Of a stretch of 64,000 nt of DNA, positions 9,585 through 20,906 are shown one piece after another. The notes under the pieces were generated by a model, which ran no database searches, was not told the origin of the DNA, and saw only the letters and a program-made list of their open reading frames with translations. A program made the position numbers and the translations under genes. Source of the DNA: Chlamydiales bacterium (GTDB lineage Bacteria; Chlamydiota; Chlamydiia; Chlamydiales; JAAZZY01); contig CBDBKM010000005.1 in the NCBI GenBank assembly GCA_965206695.1, positions 32,001 to 96,000 of the forward strand. Reading direction: 5' to 3'. Numbering within the stretch: position 1 is the stretch's first letter; each line of letters begins with the position of its first letter.

Positions 9585-10454
9585 CCTGGGATGACATGAC
9601 TGAAATGCTTTTTGCAATCGACTTTGGCTCACGTGAGTATATCGATCGGTAGAAGCAATATTTGCATGACCCAGCATCTCTTGAATCACTCGTAAATCTG
9701 CTCCATTATCTAATAGATGGGTAGCAAAAGAATGCCTTAAGGTATGAGGAGAAAAGTCCTTAATAATACCGGCTTCTTTGGCATATTTTTTCACTCTTTT
9801 CCAAATCGTAATACGATCAAGGGCCCTTCCACTTTTACTAATAAAAAGCGGCATTTTATCATTTTTTATTTTGCCTCGAAATGTCAAAAGATAGTGATCA
9901 AGCGCTTCTATCGCTTTTTTTCCTATTGGGATTAAACGGTCTTTATTTCCTTTTCCTCTTACCCTTATAAAGTGTTCATCTATTTGGTTTAATTTTAAAT
10001 GAACCACCTCAGATACTCTTACACCACAAGCATACATCAATTCAAATATCGCTTTGTCTCTAGCCCCAATTTTATTTTGAATATCCGGTTGAAGGAGTAA
10101 AAGCTCTACCTCTTCATAACTTAAGACCTGAGGAATTAATTGCCAAAGCTTAGGGGTTTTTAAATAGAGAGTGATATTAGAAGGAATATACCCTTCTCTT
10201 TTTAAAAATCGAAACAACACTTTTATAGCAATAAGAGCTCGACAAATACTAGATGTTGCGTATTTTTTTTCTTTTAAAGAATTTAAAAAAAGGACAACTT
10301 CTTCTTCTTGAACAGCTTTGAAGCCTTGTTGGCCTCTCTCTTTTAAAAACTCAGTAAAGGAGTAACTATCTTTTTTATAAGCTATGATCGTATTTTCAGC
10401 TAATCCCTTTTCGGAAGCAATATATAGAAAAAAATCATCGAGTTGTCTTTGCAT
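9579..10454 (-). CDS. xerD: Tyrosine recombinase XerD
   Basis: EKGLAENT, YACGVRVSE, SPHTLRHSFATHLLDNGADLR, GHANIASTDRYTH. Confidence 0.92.
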   Translation of the reverse strand: MQRQLDDFFLYIASEKGLAENTIIAYKKDSYSFTEFLKERGQQGFKAVQEEEVVLFLNSLKEKKYATSSICRALIAIKVLFRFLKREGYIPSNITLYLKTPKLWQLIPQVLSYEEVELLLLQPDIQNKIGARDKAIFELMYACGVRVSEVVHLKLNQIDEHFIRVRGKGNKDRLIPIGKKAIEALDHYLLTFRGKIKNDKMPLFISKSGRALDRITIWKRVKKYAKEAGIIKDFSPHTLRHSFATHLLDNGADLRVIQEMLGHANIASTDRYTHVSQSRLQKAFQSCHPRL

Positions 10455-10517
10455 AGTTCTTGGTCAAAAAGATAACATAGGTTACATCTAAAAGAAATAA
10501 AATTTACAACACTGCCA

Positions 10518-12617
10518 ATGAAATTAACACTCGATGTCCTCCCTTTCTCCATTGACAAACCAACCGGTATCCGGAGGTATCTATAGTCATTTAATTTTAC
10601 ATTGATAAGATTGCTTGATCAATGGCGAATTTAAAATTCGTAACTTTTCGTAATATCTCTCTAACTTTATTTTTCATATTAGCCCAATATTTTTCTATAG
10701 GATTTAAGTCCGGAGAATATGGAGGAAGAAACATAAGCTTACAACCGGCAGATTCTACTGTTTTCCTGCTTTCCGCTGACTTGTGAAAACCGGCATTGTC
10801 AAGAATAAGAACACTACCGGGTGTAAGCTGAGGAGTCAAAACTTCTTTAAGCCAAATATTGAATAACCCGGTATTACAAGTACCTTCAAAACACATTGGA
10901 GATAAAAACTGCCCTTTAGATAGGGCTGAAATAATATTTTGCCTTATAAAGCGGTTTCCTGAAACCGCTCCAAAAACTTTTTTGCCGCGTAAGCTTCTTC
11001 CGGACTCACGAAATAAAAATTGATGAATCCCGGTTTCATCGAGATAAATTCTCTTGTCAAAGGGAATATTTTTTAAATCTTTCATAAAAGCTTCCCGTTT
11101 CTTTTCATCTCTTTCCTTATAGCGAGTAGTTTTTTTTTCGTGTAATTTTTAATCTTTTAAGGGCATAAAAAATCGTTTGCGGAGTGACTGAAAAATAATC
11201 AGCAATTTCCGATAAAAAATAATCCGGATGTTTTTCTACATATTTAGATAACAACTCATCATCTAATTTCTTATAAGCATATTTTCTGCGGATTGGCTTT
11301 AAATGTCCTTTTTGCTTTTTTTGCAAGATCCATCGATATATTGTTGCGATACCTACTTGAAAAATATGGCCGGCTGTTTTTTTATCATGATGTTTTTCTA
11401 TATGTTGTCATACTTTCTCTCGAAGATCTACTGAATAGGCTCTAGGCATTGTTTTATCCTTACTGTTTGTATAAAAAAAGAAGGATAACATATTATCAAA
11501 TAAAAATTAAAATACTATATACCACTTAGCTAAAGGAGTCATCGGTTTAAATCAATATGAGATAATCTTTGGTTTTTCTCATTTTTCTTCTGATTTTTTT
11601 AATATAACGAAAAGGTATTTAAACCAAGATCCTATTTTTTCTAAAATAAACTTTAAACAATATTATGAAGAATCTAAAGACCCGGATGTCAATGAATTTT
11701 TTCAGACAAAAGAAAAACAAATTTTTCATACTCCTTTCCAACTAAATCCCTTATTACAAAATATTAAGAACAACAGACAGATAAAAACATTTATCACCGT
11801 CCATGATACTATCCCCTTGATTTTCCCTGAATTTAGAAATCCTAAGCACCTTGACTTTGAATTATCCAACTACAAAAAAATCGATGAAATGGACTGGATC
11901 TTATGTCCCTCAGAACATACTAAACAGGATCTTATTCAATATTGCAAAGTCGATAAAGAGAAGGTTTTTGTTACCTATAGTGGCGTATCATCTAAACAAT
12001 TTTATCCCGTTAGTGATTTAAATAAGATTCAATCGATCAAACAAAAATATGCTATTTTAGATACTTCATATTTAATCTATGTTGGAGCAATTGAAGAGAG
12101 AAAGAATATTGTGCAACTCATATCCTCCTTTATTGAGCTTATCAAACAAGAAAAAATATCAGATCTGAAACTTGTATTATGCGGATCTGTAAGAGTCGAA
12201 TACTTATCTGTTTTAAGAGATTTTCATGAATTAATGAAACAATCCAAACCGGATGGAAAAATCATTCATTTGCCTAACATACCGGATGAAGATTTAGTTG
12301 TTCTTTATAATGGCGCTTTTGCCTTTGTTAACCTATCACATTATGAAGGCTTCGGATCCCCTACTGTAGAAGCGATGCAATGCCGGACTCCTGTTATTGT
12401 ATCTAACTCTTCCGCTTTTCCGGAAATTGTTCAGAATGCCGGACTATTGATAGATAAAAATGACTCAGAAGCTTTTTCCCAAGCTATTCTTAGTATATAC
12501 TCCTCCTCCAAGCGAGATGCTTTAGTAAAAAAAGGTATTAAAAGAGCAAAACAATTTTATTGGGAAAACATGATAGAAAAAACGCATCATGCGTATCAAA
12601 AAGCTCTTGATACTTGA
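10518..12617 (+). pseudogene. GT4 glycosyltransferase paralog 1, split by IS630
   Basis: Removing the IS and one TA restores MKLTLDVLPFSIDKPTGIRRYLYHLAKG, in frame with ORF 11817-12617; paralog of 12699-13871. Confidence 0.92.
10582..11519 (-). mobile_element. IS630 copy A (transposase with early TGA and A9 tract)
   Basis: TATAGTCATTTAATTTT / AAAATTAAAATACTATA ends, TA target, DETG..DNA..PPYSPDLNPIE motifs. Confidence 0.95.
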
Positions 12618-12698
12618 AATACATCCTAATCCATATCTATTGACCAAAAAAATCTAATTTCGTATTACTAAAATAATCGACTTAAATAGTAATTTGAC

Positions 12699-13871
12699 AT
12701 GTCAATCAAAGTTAACTTAGACACCATCCCTTTTTCAAGCGGAGCCAGAACAGGTGTCTATCGATATATATACCACTTAGCTAAAGGACTCATAGAGACA
12801 AATCAATGTGATCTATCTTTTGCATTTAGTCACATATCAGATATTTTTTTTGATAAATCAAAAACTTTTTTAAATCAAAACCCGATGTTTTCTAAACATG
12901 ATCTATTCCAGTATTATGAACATTCCGAAGCAAAGCATGCTGCAGCCCTTTATGAAACGACAAAAAAACAAATTTTCCATTCTCCATTCCATATGCATCC
13001 TATATTACAAGACATCAAAAACAATTCTCTGATTAAAGCATTTACAACTATCCATGATGTCATTCCGCTAATTTTCCCCGAATATAGAAATTTCCATCGT
13101 CTTAAATATGAATACTTACCCTACCATACGATTGATGAAAATGATTGGATTCTTTGTCCATCAGAAACAACAAAACAGGATGTCATCAACTATTGCAAAG
13201 TCGATCAAAACAAAATTTTTATGACCTATAACGGCGTCTCAGATAAAGAATTCTATTTTGTTACAGATAAAAAATACATTCTAAATATCAAAAACAAATA
13301 TCACATTCCCGATAAACCTTACATAATATATGTTGGAGCCATTGAGGTAAGAAAAAATCTCATTCATCTAATCGAATCTTTTATTAAACTCATTGAACAA
13401 GAGAAACATTTAGACTTAAACCTTGTTATATGTGGAATGGTAAGAGGAGAGTATTTGCCTGTTATCAAAAAGTTTCAGGAAATAGCCGGCTCCTCTTTAT
13501 TTTCTCATAGAATCATTCATTTAAATGATGTCTCAGATGAAGATCTGCCCTCACTCTATAGCGGAGCCTTAGCTTTTACCTGCCTATCACATTATGAGGG
13601 TTTTGGTATTCCTATTATCGAAGCAATGCAATGTCAAACACCTACTATTGTATCTAATATACCTGCGTTTCAAGAGGTTGTTCAGAATACCGAAATCTTG
13701 GTGCCTACAGATGATCCCGATGCTTTTTCTCAGGCTGTTCTTAACATTTATTCATCTACAAGCTATCGAGATAAACTCATCAAACACGGTTTAAAAAGAG
13801 CAAAAGTTTTTTCTTGGGAAAGTGTTATACAAAAAACTCTCGCTGCTTATAAAAGAGCCTTGTCAGAATAA
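12699..13871 (+). CDS. GT4 glycosyltransferase paralog 2
   Basis: TGVYRY, TIHD, YEGFGIPIIEAM. Confidence 0.93.
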   Translation: MSIKVNLDTIPFSSGARTGVYRYIYHLAKGLIETNQCDLSFAFSHISDIFFDKSKTFLNQNPMFSKHDLFQYYEHSEAKHAAALYETTKKQIFHSPFHMHPILQDIKNNSLIKAFTTIHDVIPLIFPEYRNFHRLKYEYLPYHTIDENDWILCPSETTKQDVINYCKVDQNKIFMTYNGVSDKEFYFVTDKKYILNIKNKYHIPDKPYIIYVGAIEVRKNLIHLIESFIKLIEQEKHLDLNLVICGMVRGEYLPVIKKFQEIAGSSLFSHRIIHLNDVSDEDLPSLYSGALAFTCLSHYEGFGIPIIEAMQCQTPTIVSNIPAFQEVVQNTEILVPTDDPDAFSQAVLNIYSSTSYRDKLIKHGLKRAKVFSWESVIQKTLAAYKRALSE

Positions 13872-13915
13872 AATACAAAAATGGAAAATATCTTCTTATA
13901 GGTAAGAAGTCATTC

Positions 13916-15094
13916 ATGCATGTTGACCTTGAAATCAGTTCCCTAAGTTTAAGTTTAGAAAATAGAACTCATACAACCGGTGTATATCGTTATATTTACG
14001 TGCTTATTACCGAGTTATACAGTCTATTACATGATGACCTTACGCTCTTTGTAAACCATCCGATAAAATACCTAAAAAATACTCAAATATACATTAACGA
14101 TCATCCACTGTTTTCTAAAATTAAGTTCCCTCAAAACATTTCCCAAACAGAGAAAAACCTACCGGAGGGTGTGTATTTTCCCGATAATGGCTCGATTGTT
14201 CATTATCCGGGACAAACACTTTACCGCAGGTTCGGTTCGGAAATGAATCAAAATATCAAAACTTTCACGACCGTTCATGATACAATCCCTTTCATTCATC
14301 CTGAGTTTTATTCGGCAAAGACGCTTTATTTTCTTATAACCTTTGCTAAAAAACTCTCCTCATATGACTGGTTATTTTGTCCTTCTTATGCTGCCAAAGA
14401 TGATATTTGTAATTTCACCAAAGCGAATCCTGACCGGGTCTTTGTCATGCATCAAGCTGCATGCCCTAAAACCTTCTATCCGGAGAAAAACAAAGAACTT
14501 TTTAATAACCTTAGAGAAGAATACGGTATCCCCGATAAGCCCTATCTAATTTGTATTGGAAGGTTGGAAGACAGAAAAAATACCATTCATATTATGCGTA
14601 GTTTTATTAAGCTTATCGAAGAAGAAAAGATTCCTGATCTTAATTTAATTTTCTGCGGTCCCCTAACTAACTTATCGAAAGGAATCTTGCATTTCTATCA
14701 TGAGCATATTAATAGAACACAACATAAATCTCGTATTATTCATAGTCCTTATATAGACAATAAATATTTAGCTTCTATTTATTCCAATGCCCTCGCAAGT
14801 ATCTTTTTGCCCATTTATGAAGGCTTTGGGTTCCCTGCATTAGAAAGCATGCAATGTGGAACGCCTATTGTAGCTGCAAATAATTCCGCTATACCCGAGA
14901 TAGTAGGAGATGCCGGCTTCTTAATTAATGAACATGATGAAGAAGCCTTTTGTGATAGCGTCCTAGCCTTATACCAATCCGAATCTTTAAGAGAAAAGTA
15001 TATTAAAAAAGGTCTTGAGCAAGCTAAAAAATTCTCTTGGAAACAATATGTAAAAAAAACGCATCAAATCTATAAACTTGCGTTAAGTAGTTGA
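13916..15094 (+). CDS. GT4 glycosyltransferase paralog 3
   Basis: TVHD, GRLEDRKN, YEGFGFPALESM. Confidence 0.93.
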   Translation: MHVDLEISSLSLSLENRTHTTGVYRYIYVLITELYSLLHDDLTLFVNHPIKYLKNTQIYINDHPLFSKIKFPQNISQTEKNLPEGVYFPDNGSIVHYPGQTLYRRFGSEMNQNIKTFTTVHDTIPFIHPEFYSAKTLYFLITFAKKLSSYDWLFCPSYAAKDDICNFTKANPDRVFVMHQAACPKTFYPEKNKELFNNLREEYGIPDKPYLICIGRLEDRKNTIHIMRSFIKLIEEEKIPDLNLIFCGPLTNLSKGILHFYHEHINRTQHKSRIIHSPYIDNKYLASIYSNALASIFLPIYEGFGFPALESMQCGTPIVAANNSAIPEIVGDAGFLINEHDEEAFCDSVLALYQSESLREKYIKKGLEQAKKFSWKQYVKKTHQIYKLALSS

Positions 15095-15095
15095 T

Positions 15096-16247
15096 ATGAA
15101 AATCGCCTTTGAAATTAGTGAATTATCTAAAAGTCTTCACTCAATAAATAAAAAAACCGGTATCTATCGCTATATATATCAAATTGGGCAGTTGTTAGCC
15201 CAAAATCTAACACATAACCTCCTTTTGTTTACCGGTGACCTCGATGATAACCTCGAAGTGATTAATCAATATCTGTCACAACATCCTATTCTAAAAAGTG
15301 CCGGCTTCTTGCAATCAGCTCATACCTCTTCGCCCTATCCTGAAGCTGATATTATTCATTACCCGTTAGAGACATTAGCAAGACCTTTTTTGAAATCAAA
15401 ACCTCTTATCTTTCAAACGATTCATGACACCATTCCCTGTATGTATCCCGAATTGTATACCAAGAAAAGAGCGCATGTAGTCATTAACTTATGCAAACGA
15501 TTATCTAAATTCGACCGCATCTTTTGCCCTTCTATTTCTACAAAACAAGACCTCTTAACCTTCTCTCAACTAGATCCCGATAAGATTTTTGTTATTCATC
15601 ATGCCGCCTGCCCTCATATCTTCTATCCTTCTATAAGTGAAGAGCCATTCAATCTTATAAAGAAAAAATATCATCTATTAGATAATCCGTATCTTTTATG
15701 TGTTGGCCGTCTTGAAGAGAGAAAAAATATCAGTCATATTTTGCAGACCTTTATTCGTTTGATCGATGAAGAAAAAATTGATGATTTAAACCTTGTACTG
15801 GTAGGCCCATTGAATACACTCTCTCATCCTGTGATCTATACGTTTACCAATGAGGTTATAAAAAAAGGATTTCAAAACCGCGTTATTCACATTCCGTTTT
15901 TAGAGGATGAATGGATGGCTACGCTGTATTCTCACGCATTAATAAGCCTCTTTTTACCCATTTATGAAGGTTTTGGCCTACCTGCTTTAGAAGCAATGCA
16001 ATGTGGCTCACCGCTTATTTGCTCCAATAACTCCTCTATTCCTGAAATTGTTGCTGATGCCGGGATATTAATAGATCATGATGATGCTGATCTTTTATGC
16101 CATAATATTTTAGATCTGTATCATTCAGATACTAAAAGAAGCTATTACAGAAAAAAAGGGTTAGAGCGATCAAAGCTATTTAATTGGAAAAAATATGTCG
16201 AACAAGCGATAGTGGCATATCAATTTGCTTTAGAAAACACACCATGA
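15096..16247 (+). CDS. GT4 glycosyltransferase paralog 4
   Basis: TIHD, GRLEERKN, YEGFGLPALEAM. Confidence 0.93.
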   Translation: MKIAFEISELSKSLHSINKKTGIYRYIYQIGQLLAQNLTHNLLLFTGDLDDNLEVINQYLSQHPILKSAGFLQSAHTSSPYPEADIIHYPLETLARPFLKSKPLIFQTIHDTIPCMYPELYTKKRAHVVINLCKRLSKFDRIFCPSISTKQDLLTFSQLDPDKIFVIHHAACPHIFYPSISEEPFNLIKKKYHLLDNPYLLCVGRLEERKNISHILQTFIRLIDEEKIDDLNLVLVGPLNTLSHPVIYTFTNEVIKKGFQNRVIHIPFLEDEWMATLYSHALISLFLPIYEGFGLPALEAMQCGSPLICSNNSSIPEIVADAGILIDHDDADLLCHNILDLYHSDTKRSYYRKKGLERSKLFNWKKYVEQAIVAYQFALENTP

Positions 16248-17374
16248 CAATTCTCAAAGCAGCAGGACTTTTTGGCAATCACAAGCAGTCAATAGATCAT
16301 ATGGGACCACTATGTTCCCTATTGAAAATTCCTCTTTTTACCAACGACTTAAAAACCAAACTTATTTTTGAACGTACTTATATTGATATAGATGTGCACC
16401 TTCATAAAATGGACTTGGAATCTTTATTTAGAGATTATGATTATTTCTTCTATGCCTTTGAACCCGTACCTCGTTTTAGAGAACTTATTGAACAATCGAA
16501 GAAAAAAGATCATTATAATTCCATCTGGCGAAAACCGATTAAACTGGTATTCAACCTCCATGGTTGCTCTGATAAAGGGTATAAAAATCCCCTTTGGTTT
16601 GGAGGACCTAAAGGTCATTTAAGTGAGACTGATCTGATCCTATTATATGGTCAGCGTATGTTTGACCTCTTTGAAGAGCGAGGCTATACGAAACATTTTT
16701 TAAATTATACTTTCATTGGAAATTATCGTTTTCAATATTATCGAAAGCATCAGGAATATTTCGACTCTTTAGTCTATGATGATATTTTTAAACATTTCAC
16801 AAAACAACAACCAACTATCTTCTATGCCCCTACTTGGAAAGATAATGAAAATGCTTCTTCCTTTTTCGAAGCAAGTAACTATCTATTAAAGTATATGCCT
16901 AAACACTACAATCTCTTAGTAAAATTACATCCCCACTTAACAGCCATTGGTAACAATTATGATCCTACGCCTATTTTTGAATTAATTGACCAATATAAAA
17001 ATAGCCCCAACATCCTCATACTTCATGATTACCCTCTTATATATCCTCTTTTAAATGCTATTGATATCTATCTGGGTGATGCTTCTTCTATTGGCTATGA
17101 TTGCTTAGCTTTCAACAAGCCCATGTTCTTTTTAAATCATAATCAGCATGATATTGAACAAAATAAAAGTATATACCTACATCGCTGCGGCACTTCTATT
17201 TTACCTGCGGATTTTCAGAGTATCTATCAAATAATAGATCAATCTCTTCTTCATGACTTTGAGAACTTTAATCGAATAAGAAAAGAAACATATGGTTATG
17301 CTTTTCATTCTCAAGATTCTGAAGACATAAAAAAAAGCATTCTAAAAGCTTTCAATATGACAACGGGAGAGTGA
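16244..17374 (+). CDS. TagF-like (CDP-glycerol glycerophosphotransferase superfamily) protein, paralog 1
   Basis: HGCSDKG, YAPTW, VKLHP, GDASSIGYD; start placed at MTILK by paralog alignment. Confidence 0.85.
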   Translation: MTILKAAGLFGNHKQSIDHMGPLCSLLKIPLFTNDLKTKLIFERTYIDIDVHLHKMDLESLFRDYDYFFYAFEPVPRFRELIEQSKKKDHYNSIWRKPIKLVFNLHGCSDKGYKNPLWFGGPKGHLSETDLILLYGQRMFDLFEERGYTKHFLNYTFIGNYRFQYYRKHQEYFDSLVYDDIFKHFTKQQPTIFYAPTWKDNENASSFFEASNYLLKYMPKHYNLLVKLHPHLTAIGNNYDPTPIFELIDQYKNSPNILILHDYPLIYPLLNAIDIYLGDASSIGYDCLAFNKPMFFLNHNQHDIEQNKSIYLHRCGTSILPADFQSIYQIIDQSLLHDFENFNRIRKETYGYAFHSQDSEDIKKSILKAFNMTTGE

Positions 17375-17376
17375 AT

Positions 17377-18674
17377 ATGTATATAATTGACAGCTCTCAA
17401 CCCTCAAAGAAAGGGATTCCTCATTCAACGATCATTGCCCCACGGTAGATCTAAAAGATAGGAATAGTATACAAAATATGAGAATGAACAAGAATACGAA
17501 ACAACACTTTAATCGAGGCGCTCTCATCCCAATGCTAAAGCAAAGAATTTTCTCGCTTAATTGTCATAAAACAGTTGGTCTTATTGGTGATAGCTGCGCT
17601 TATCTAGATCATATAGCTCCAATATGCGGTCTAATTAACATTCCTCTTATTACCAACTCATTACAAACTAAACTGCTTTGTTCACAATACTATCCGGGTT
17701 TGAATTGTCTGTTCAACACAATCAGTTTTCAAGAACTCATTCAAAATTTTGATACCCTTATCTATCCTTTCAAGTGGGACCCTTTATTTTATCATTCTTT
17801 TGAGAATTTAAGACAAACCGATCTTTATAATCCCTTATATTCCAAAAAAATGAAGTTAATCTATACCACCCATGGTTCTTCTGATAAAGGTTACAAAAGT
17901 GAAACTCTCTGCTTTCATCCACATCTGGATGAGATCGATTTATTACTTACGAATGGCAGTCGAATGCTCGATATCTTCCGTTTTCATAAACGAAACGAAC
18001 ATATAAAAAAAATCGTCCTGACAGGAAATATACGACATGCTTATTATCAACTTCATAAAGCATTTTATGATGTTTTTGTAGAAAAAGAAATTTTTTCATA
18101 CTTCACAAAAAAACAAACCACTATCCTATATGCCCCTTCTGTTCATGATACAGAATCATCTTCATCGTTATTGGAAGCCCATTCATATATTATCGAGACC
18201 CTACCCAAAGACTATAACCTAATAGTAAAACTTCATCCGCTAATTTTCATGAAACCTGATGATAAAAATGCACGGCTTACCAAACAGCTCATTGAAAAAT
18301 ATGCCGGCAATAAACAGATCCTTTTTATCATAAACTGTCCAATAGTCTACGCTCTATTAAATAGAGTAGATGTGTATCTGGGTGATCACTCATCGGTAGG
18401 CTATGATGCTCTTACGTTTGACATACCCCTCTACTTTATCAACCATAATCGTTATGACGAACAAGATTTAAGTGCTTTTTTACATCAATGTGGTAGAACC
18501 TTTCTTCCTGATGATTGGAATAATATCTATTCTCTTATAGAAAATAATTTGGAAAATGATAAAAGAAACTATCAGGATAAGAGGATGGCAACATATGAAT
18601 ATGCTTATGGAACAAATAATGACCCTAAAACATTAAATGAAAAGCTCAAAAGAAATATAGAGTCTCTACCTTAG
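17377..18674 (+). CDS. TagF-like protein, paralog 2; 5' end split by a mini-element, alternative starts at 17478 or 17532
   Basis: HGSSDKG, YAPS, VKLHP, GDHSSVGYD; removing 17387-17565 restores MYINKTVGL. Confidence 0.85.
17387..17565 (-). mobile_element. Complete 179 bp non-autonomous IS200/IS605 mini-element, short form
   Basis: Minus strand reads TTTAT then GACAATTAAGCGAG...GAATGAGGAATCCC..GGG..TGTCAA; no target duplication; precise removal restores the host ORF. Confidence 0.92.
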
Positions 18675-18680
18675 AAGATT

Positions 18681-19865
18681 ATGAAAGTCGCAATAAACAT
18701 TAATGATTTAGGTCTTGGCCAAAGAAGAAAAATTTTTCCAACCGAGATCTTTCGATACGTCGATAACCTACTAAACCTATTAAAAGATCATCCTTTTTTA
18801 ACTCCTTTATTTTTTGTTAATGATCCTACAGAAAACCTTCTCGATGCCAGACAGTATCTCGTTAGCAACAATATGGTCTCAAATACTTTTTTCCCTCAAT
18901 GGGAGCATTACCAAAAGTCCAAAACACTTTGTTCAATAGATCCTATTGCTATAAAAGATGTCTCTCTTATTCATTTTCCTTCTACCTGTTTTATTCCCCC
19001 GGAAGAATTACATTTAAAACCTTTTCAAAGGACTATCTATACCGTACATGACACTCTTTGCTACCTATATCCTGAATTTTATGACTCTAACACTCTTAAA
19101 AGCTCAATAGCATATCTTAAACAACTGAATCGAAATAGTTGGATTCTGTGTCCTTCCGGCTCTGCTAAATATACAATCTGTAATTATTGTGATATCGATC
19201 CTGATCGTGTCATCATTAATTCTTATGCTGCTTGTACAAAAACGTTTTATCCCTGCAGCGATCAATCTATTTTCAATAGTTTGAAAACAAAATATAAAAT
19301 CGGCGATACCCCCTATCTTCTCTGTGTCGGCAGATTGGAAGACAGAAAAAATACACATCATATTATCCGCTCTTTTATTCATCTCATAGAGCAAGAAAAG
19401 ATCCATGATCTCAATCTCATCTTCTGTGGTGCCATTACCCCTCCATCGGACTCTATCTTCCATACCTATAATCAATATATCCTTGAAAGAGGTTATCAGG
19501 ATCGGGTTACCCATATTCCATTTATTGAAAACAAGTATTTGGCCACTATTTATTCCAATGCCTTAGCCTCTGTTTTTTTACCTATCTATGAAGATTTTGG
19601 ACTTCCCGCTCTAGAAGCCATGCAATGTGCTACACCCCTCATAACCGCTCATAACTCATCTATTCCTGAAGTAGTTGGTGATGCCGGCATCATGATAGAT
19701 AACAATGATCAAGATGCTTTTGCACAAAAAGTGTTATCTCTTTATCACTCTGATAAACTAAGACAGTCATATATTAAAAAGGGATTAGAAAGAGCGAAGT
19801 TATTTAGCCGGGATAAGCATTTCCGAAAACTTCTTCATACCTATCAACAAGCATTGAATGCATAA
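18681..19865 (+). CDS. GT4 glycosyltransferase paralog 5, possibly decaying
   Basis: TVHD, GRLEDRKN; YEDFG instead of YEGFG and FSR instead of FSW. Confidence 0.9.
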   Translation: MKVAININDLGLGQRRKIFPTEIFRYVDNLLNLLKDHPFLTPLFFVNDPTENLLDARQYLVSNNMVSNTFFPQWEHYQKSKTLCSIDPIAIKDVSLIHFPSTCFIPPEELHLKPFQRTIYTVHDTLCYLYPEFYDSNTLKSSIAYLKQLNRNSWILCPSGSAKYTICNYCDIDPDRVIINSYAACTKTFYPCSDQSIFNSLKTKYKIGDTPYLLCVGRLEDRKNTHHIIRSFIHLIEQEKIHDLNLIFCGAITPPSDSIFHTYNQYILERGYQDRVTHIPFIENKYLATIYSNALASVFLPIYEDFGLPALEAMQCATPLITAHNSSIPEVVGDAGIMIDNNDQDAFAQKVLSLYHSDKLRQSYIKKGLERAKLFSRDKHFRKLLHTYQQALNA

Positions 19866-19887
19866 AATTTTAAGATATCTATACCTA

Positions 19888-20827
19888 TATAGTATTTTAA
19901 TTTTTATTTGATAATATGTTATCCTTCTTTTTTTATACAAACAGTAAGGACAAAACAATGCCTAGAGCCTATTCAGTAGATCTTCGAGAGAAAGTATGAC
20001 AACATATAGAAAAACATCATGATAAAAAAACAGCCGGCCATATTTTTCAAGTAGATATCGCAACAATATATCGATGGATCTTGCAAAAAAAGCAAAAAGG
20101 ACATTTAAAGCCAATCCGCAGAAAATATGCTTATAAGAAATTAGATGATGAGTTGTTATCTAAATATGTAGAAAAACATCCGGATTATTTTTTATCGGAA
20201 ATTGCTGATTATTTTTCAGTCACTCCGCAAACGATTTTTTATGCCCTTAAAAGATTAAAAATTACACGAAAAAAAAAAACTACTCGCTATAAGGAAAGAG
20301 ATGAAAAGAAACGGGAAGCTTTTATGAAAGATTTAAAAAATATTCCCTTTGACAAGAGAATTTATCTCGATGAAACCGGGATTCATCAATTTTTATTTCG
20401 TGAGTCCGGAAGAAGCTTACGCGGCAAAAGAGTTTTTGGAGCGGTTTCAGGAAACCGCTTTATAAGGCAAAATATTATTTCAGCCCTATCTAAAGGGCAG
20501 TTTTTATCTCCAATGTGTTTTGAAGGTACTTGTAATACCGGGTTATTCAATATTTGGCTTAAGGAAGTTTTGACTCCTCAGCTTACACCCGGTAGTGTTC
20601 TTATTCTTGACAATGCCGGTTTTCACAAGTCAGCGGAAAGCAGGAAAACAGTAGAATCTGCCGGTTGTAAGCTTATGTTTCTTCCTCCATATTCTCCGGA
20701 CTTAAATCCTATAGAAAAATATTGGGCTAATATGAAAAATAAAGTTAGAGAGATATTACGAAAAGTTACGAATTTTAAATTCGCCATTGATCAAGCAATC
20801 TTATCAATGTAAAATTAAATGACTATA
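19888..20827 (+). mobile_element. IS630 copy B (early TGA, A11 tract fuses the two ORFs)
   Basis: Near-identical to copy A in opposite orientation; ORF 20081-20812. Confidence 0.95.
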
Positions 20828-20906
20828 CATTTGAAAAAAAAATGTCATTAACTCATATTACACTTTTCGAAAAAGCATTTAAAAAATTGAACAGGTAATG
20901 CACTAA

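Noticed and set aside
9579..10454. Tyrosine recombinase as an island integrase for the glycosyltransferase array
   Set aside because: Sequence fits housekeeping XerD and no att-like repeats were seen
17387..17565. Mini-element as a self-splicing IStron
   Set aside because: Only 179 bp, antisense to the host gene, with no recognisable group I intron core
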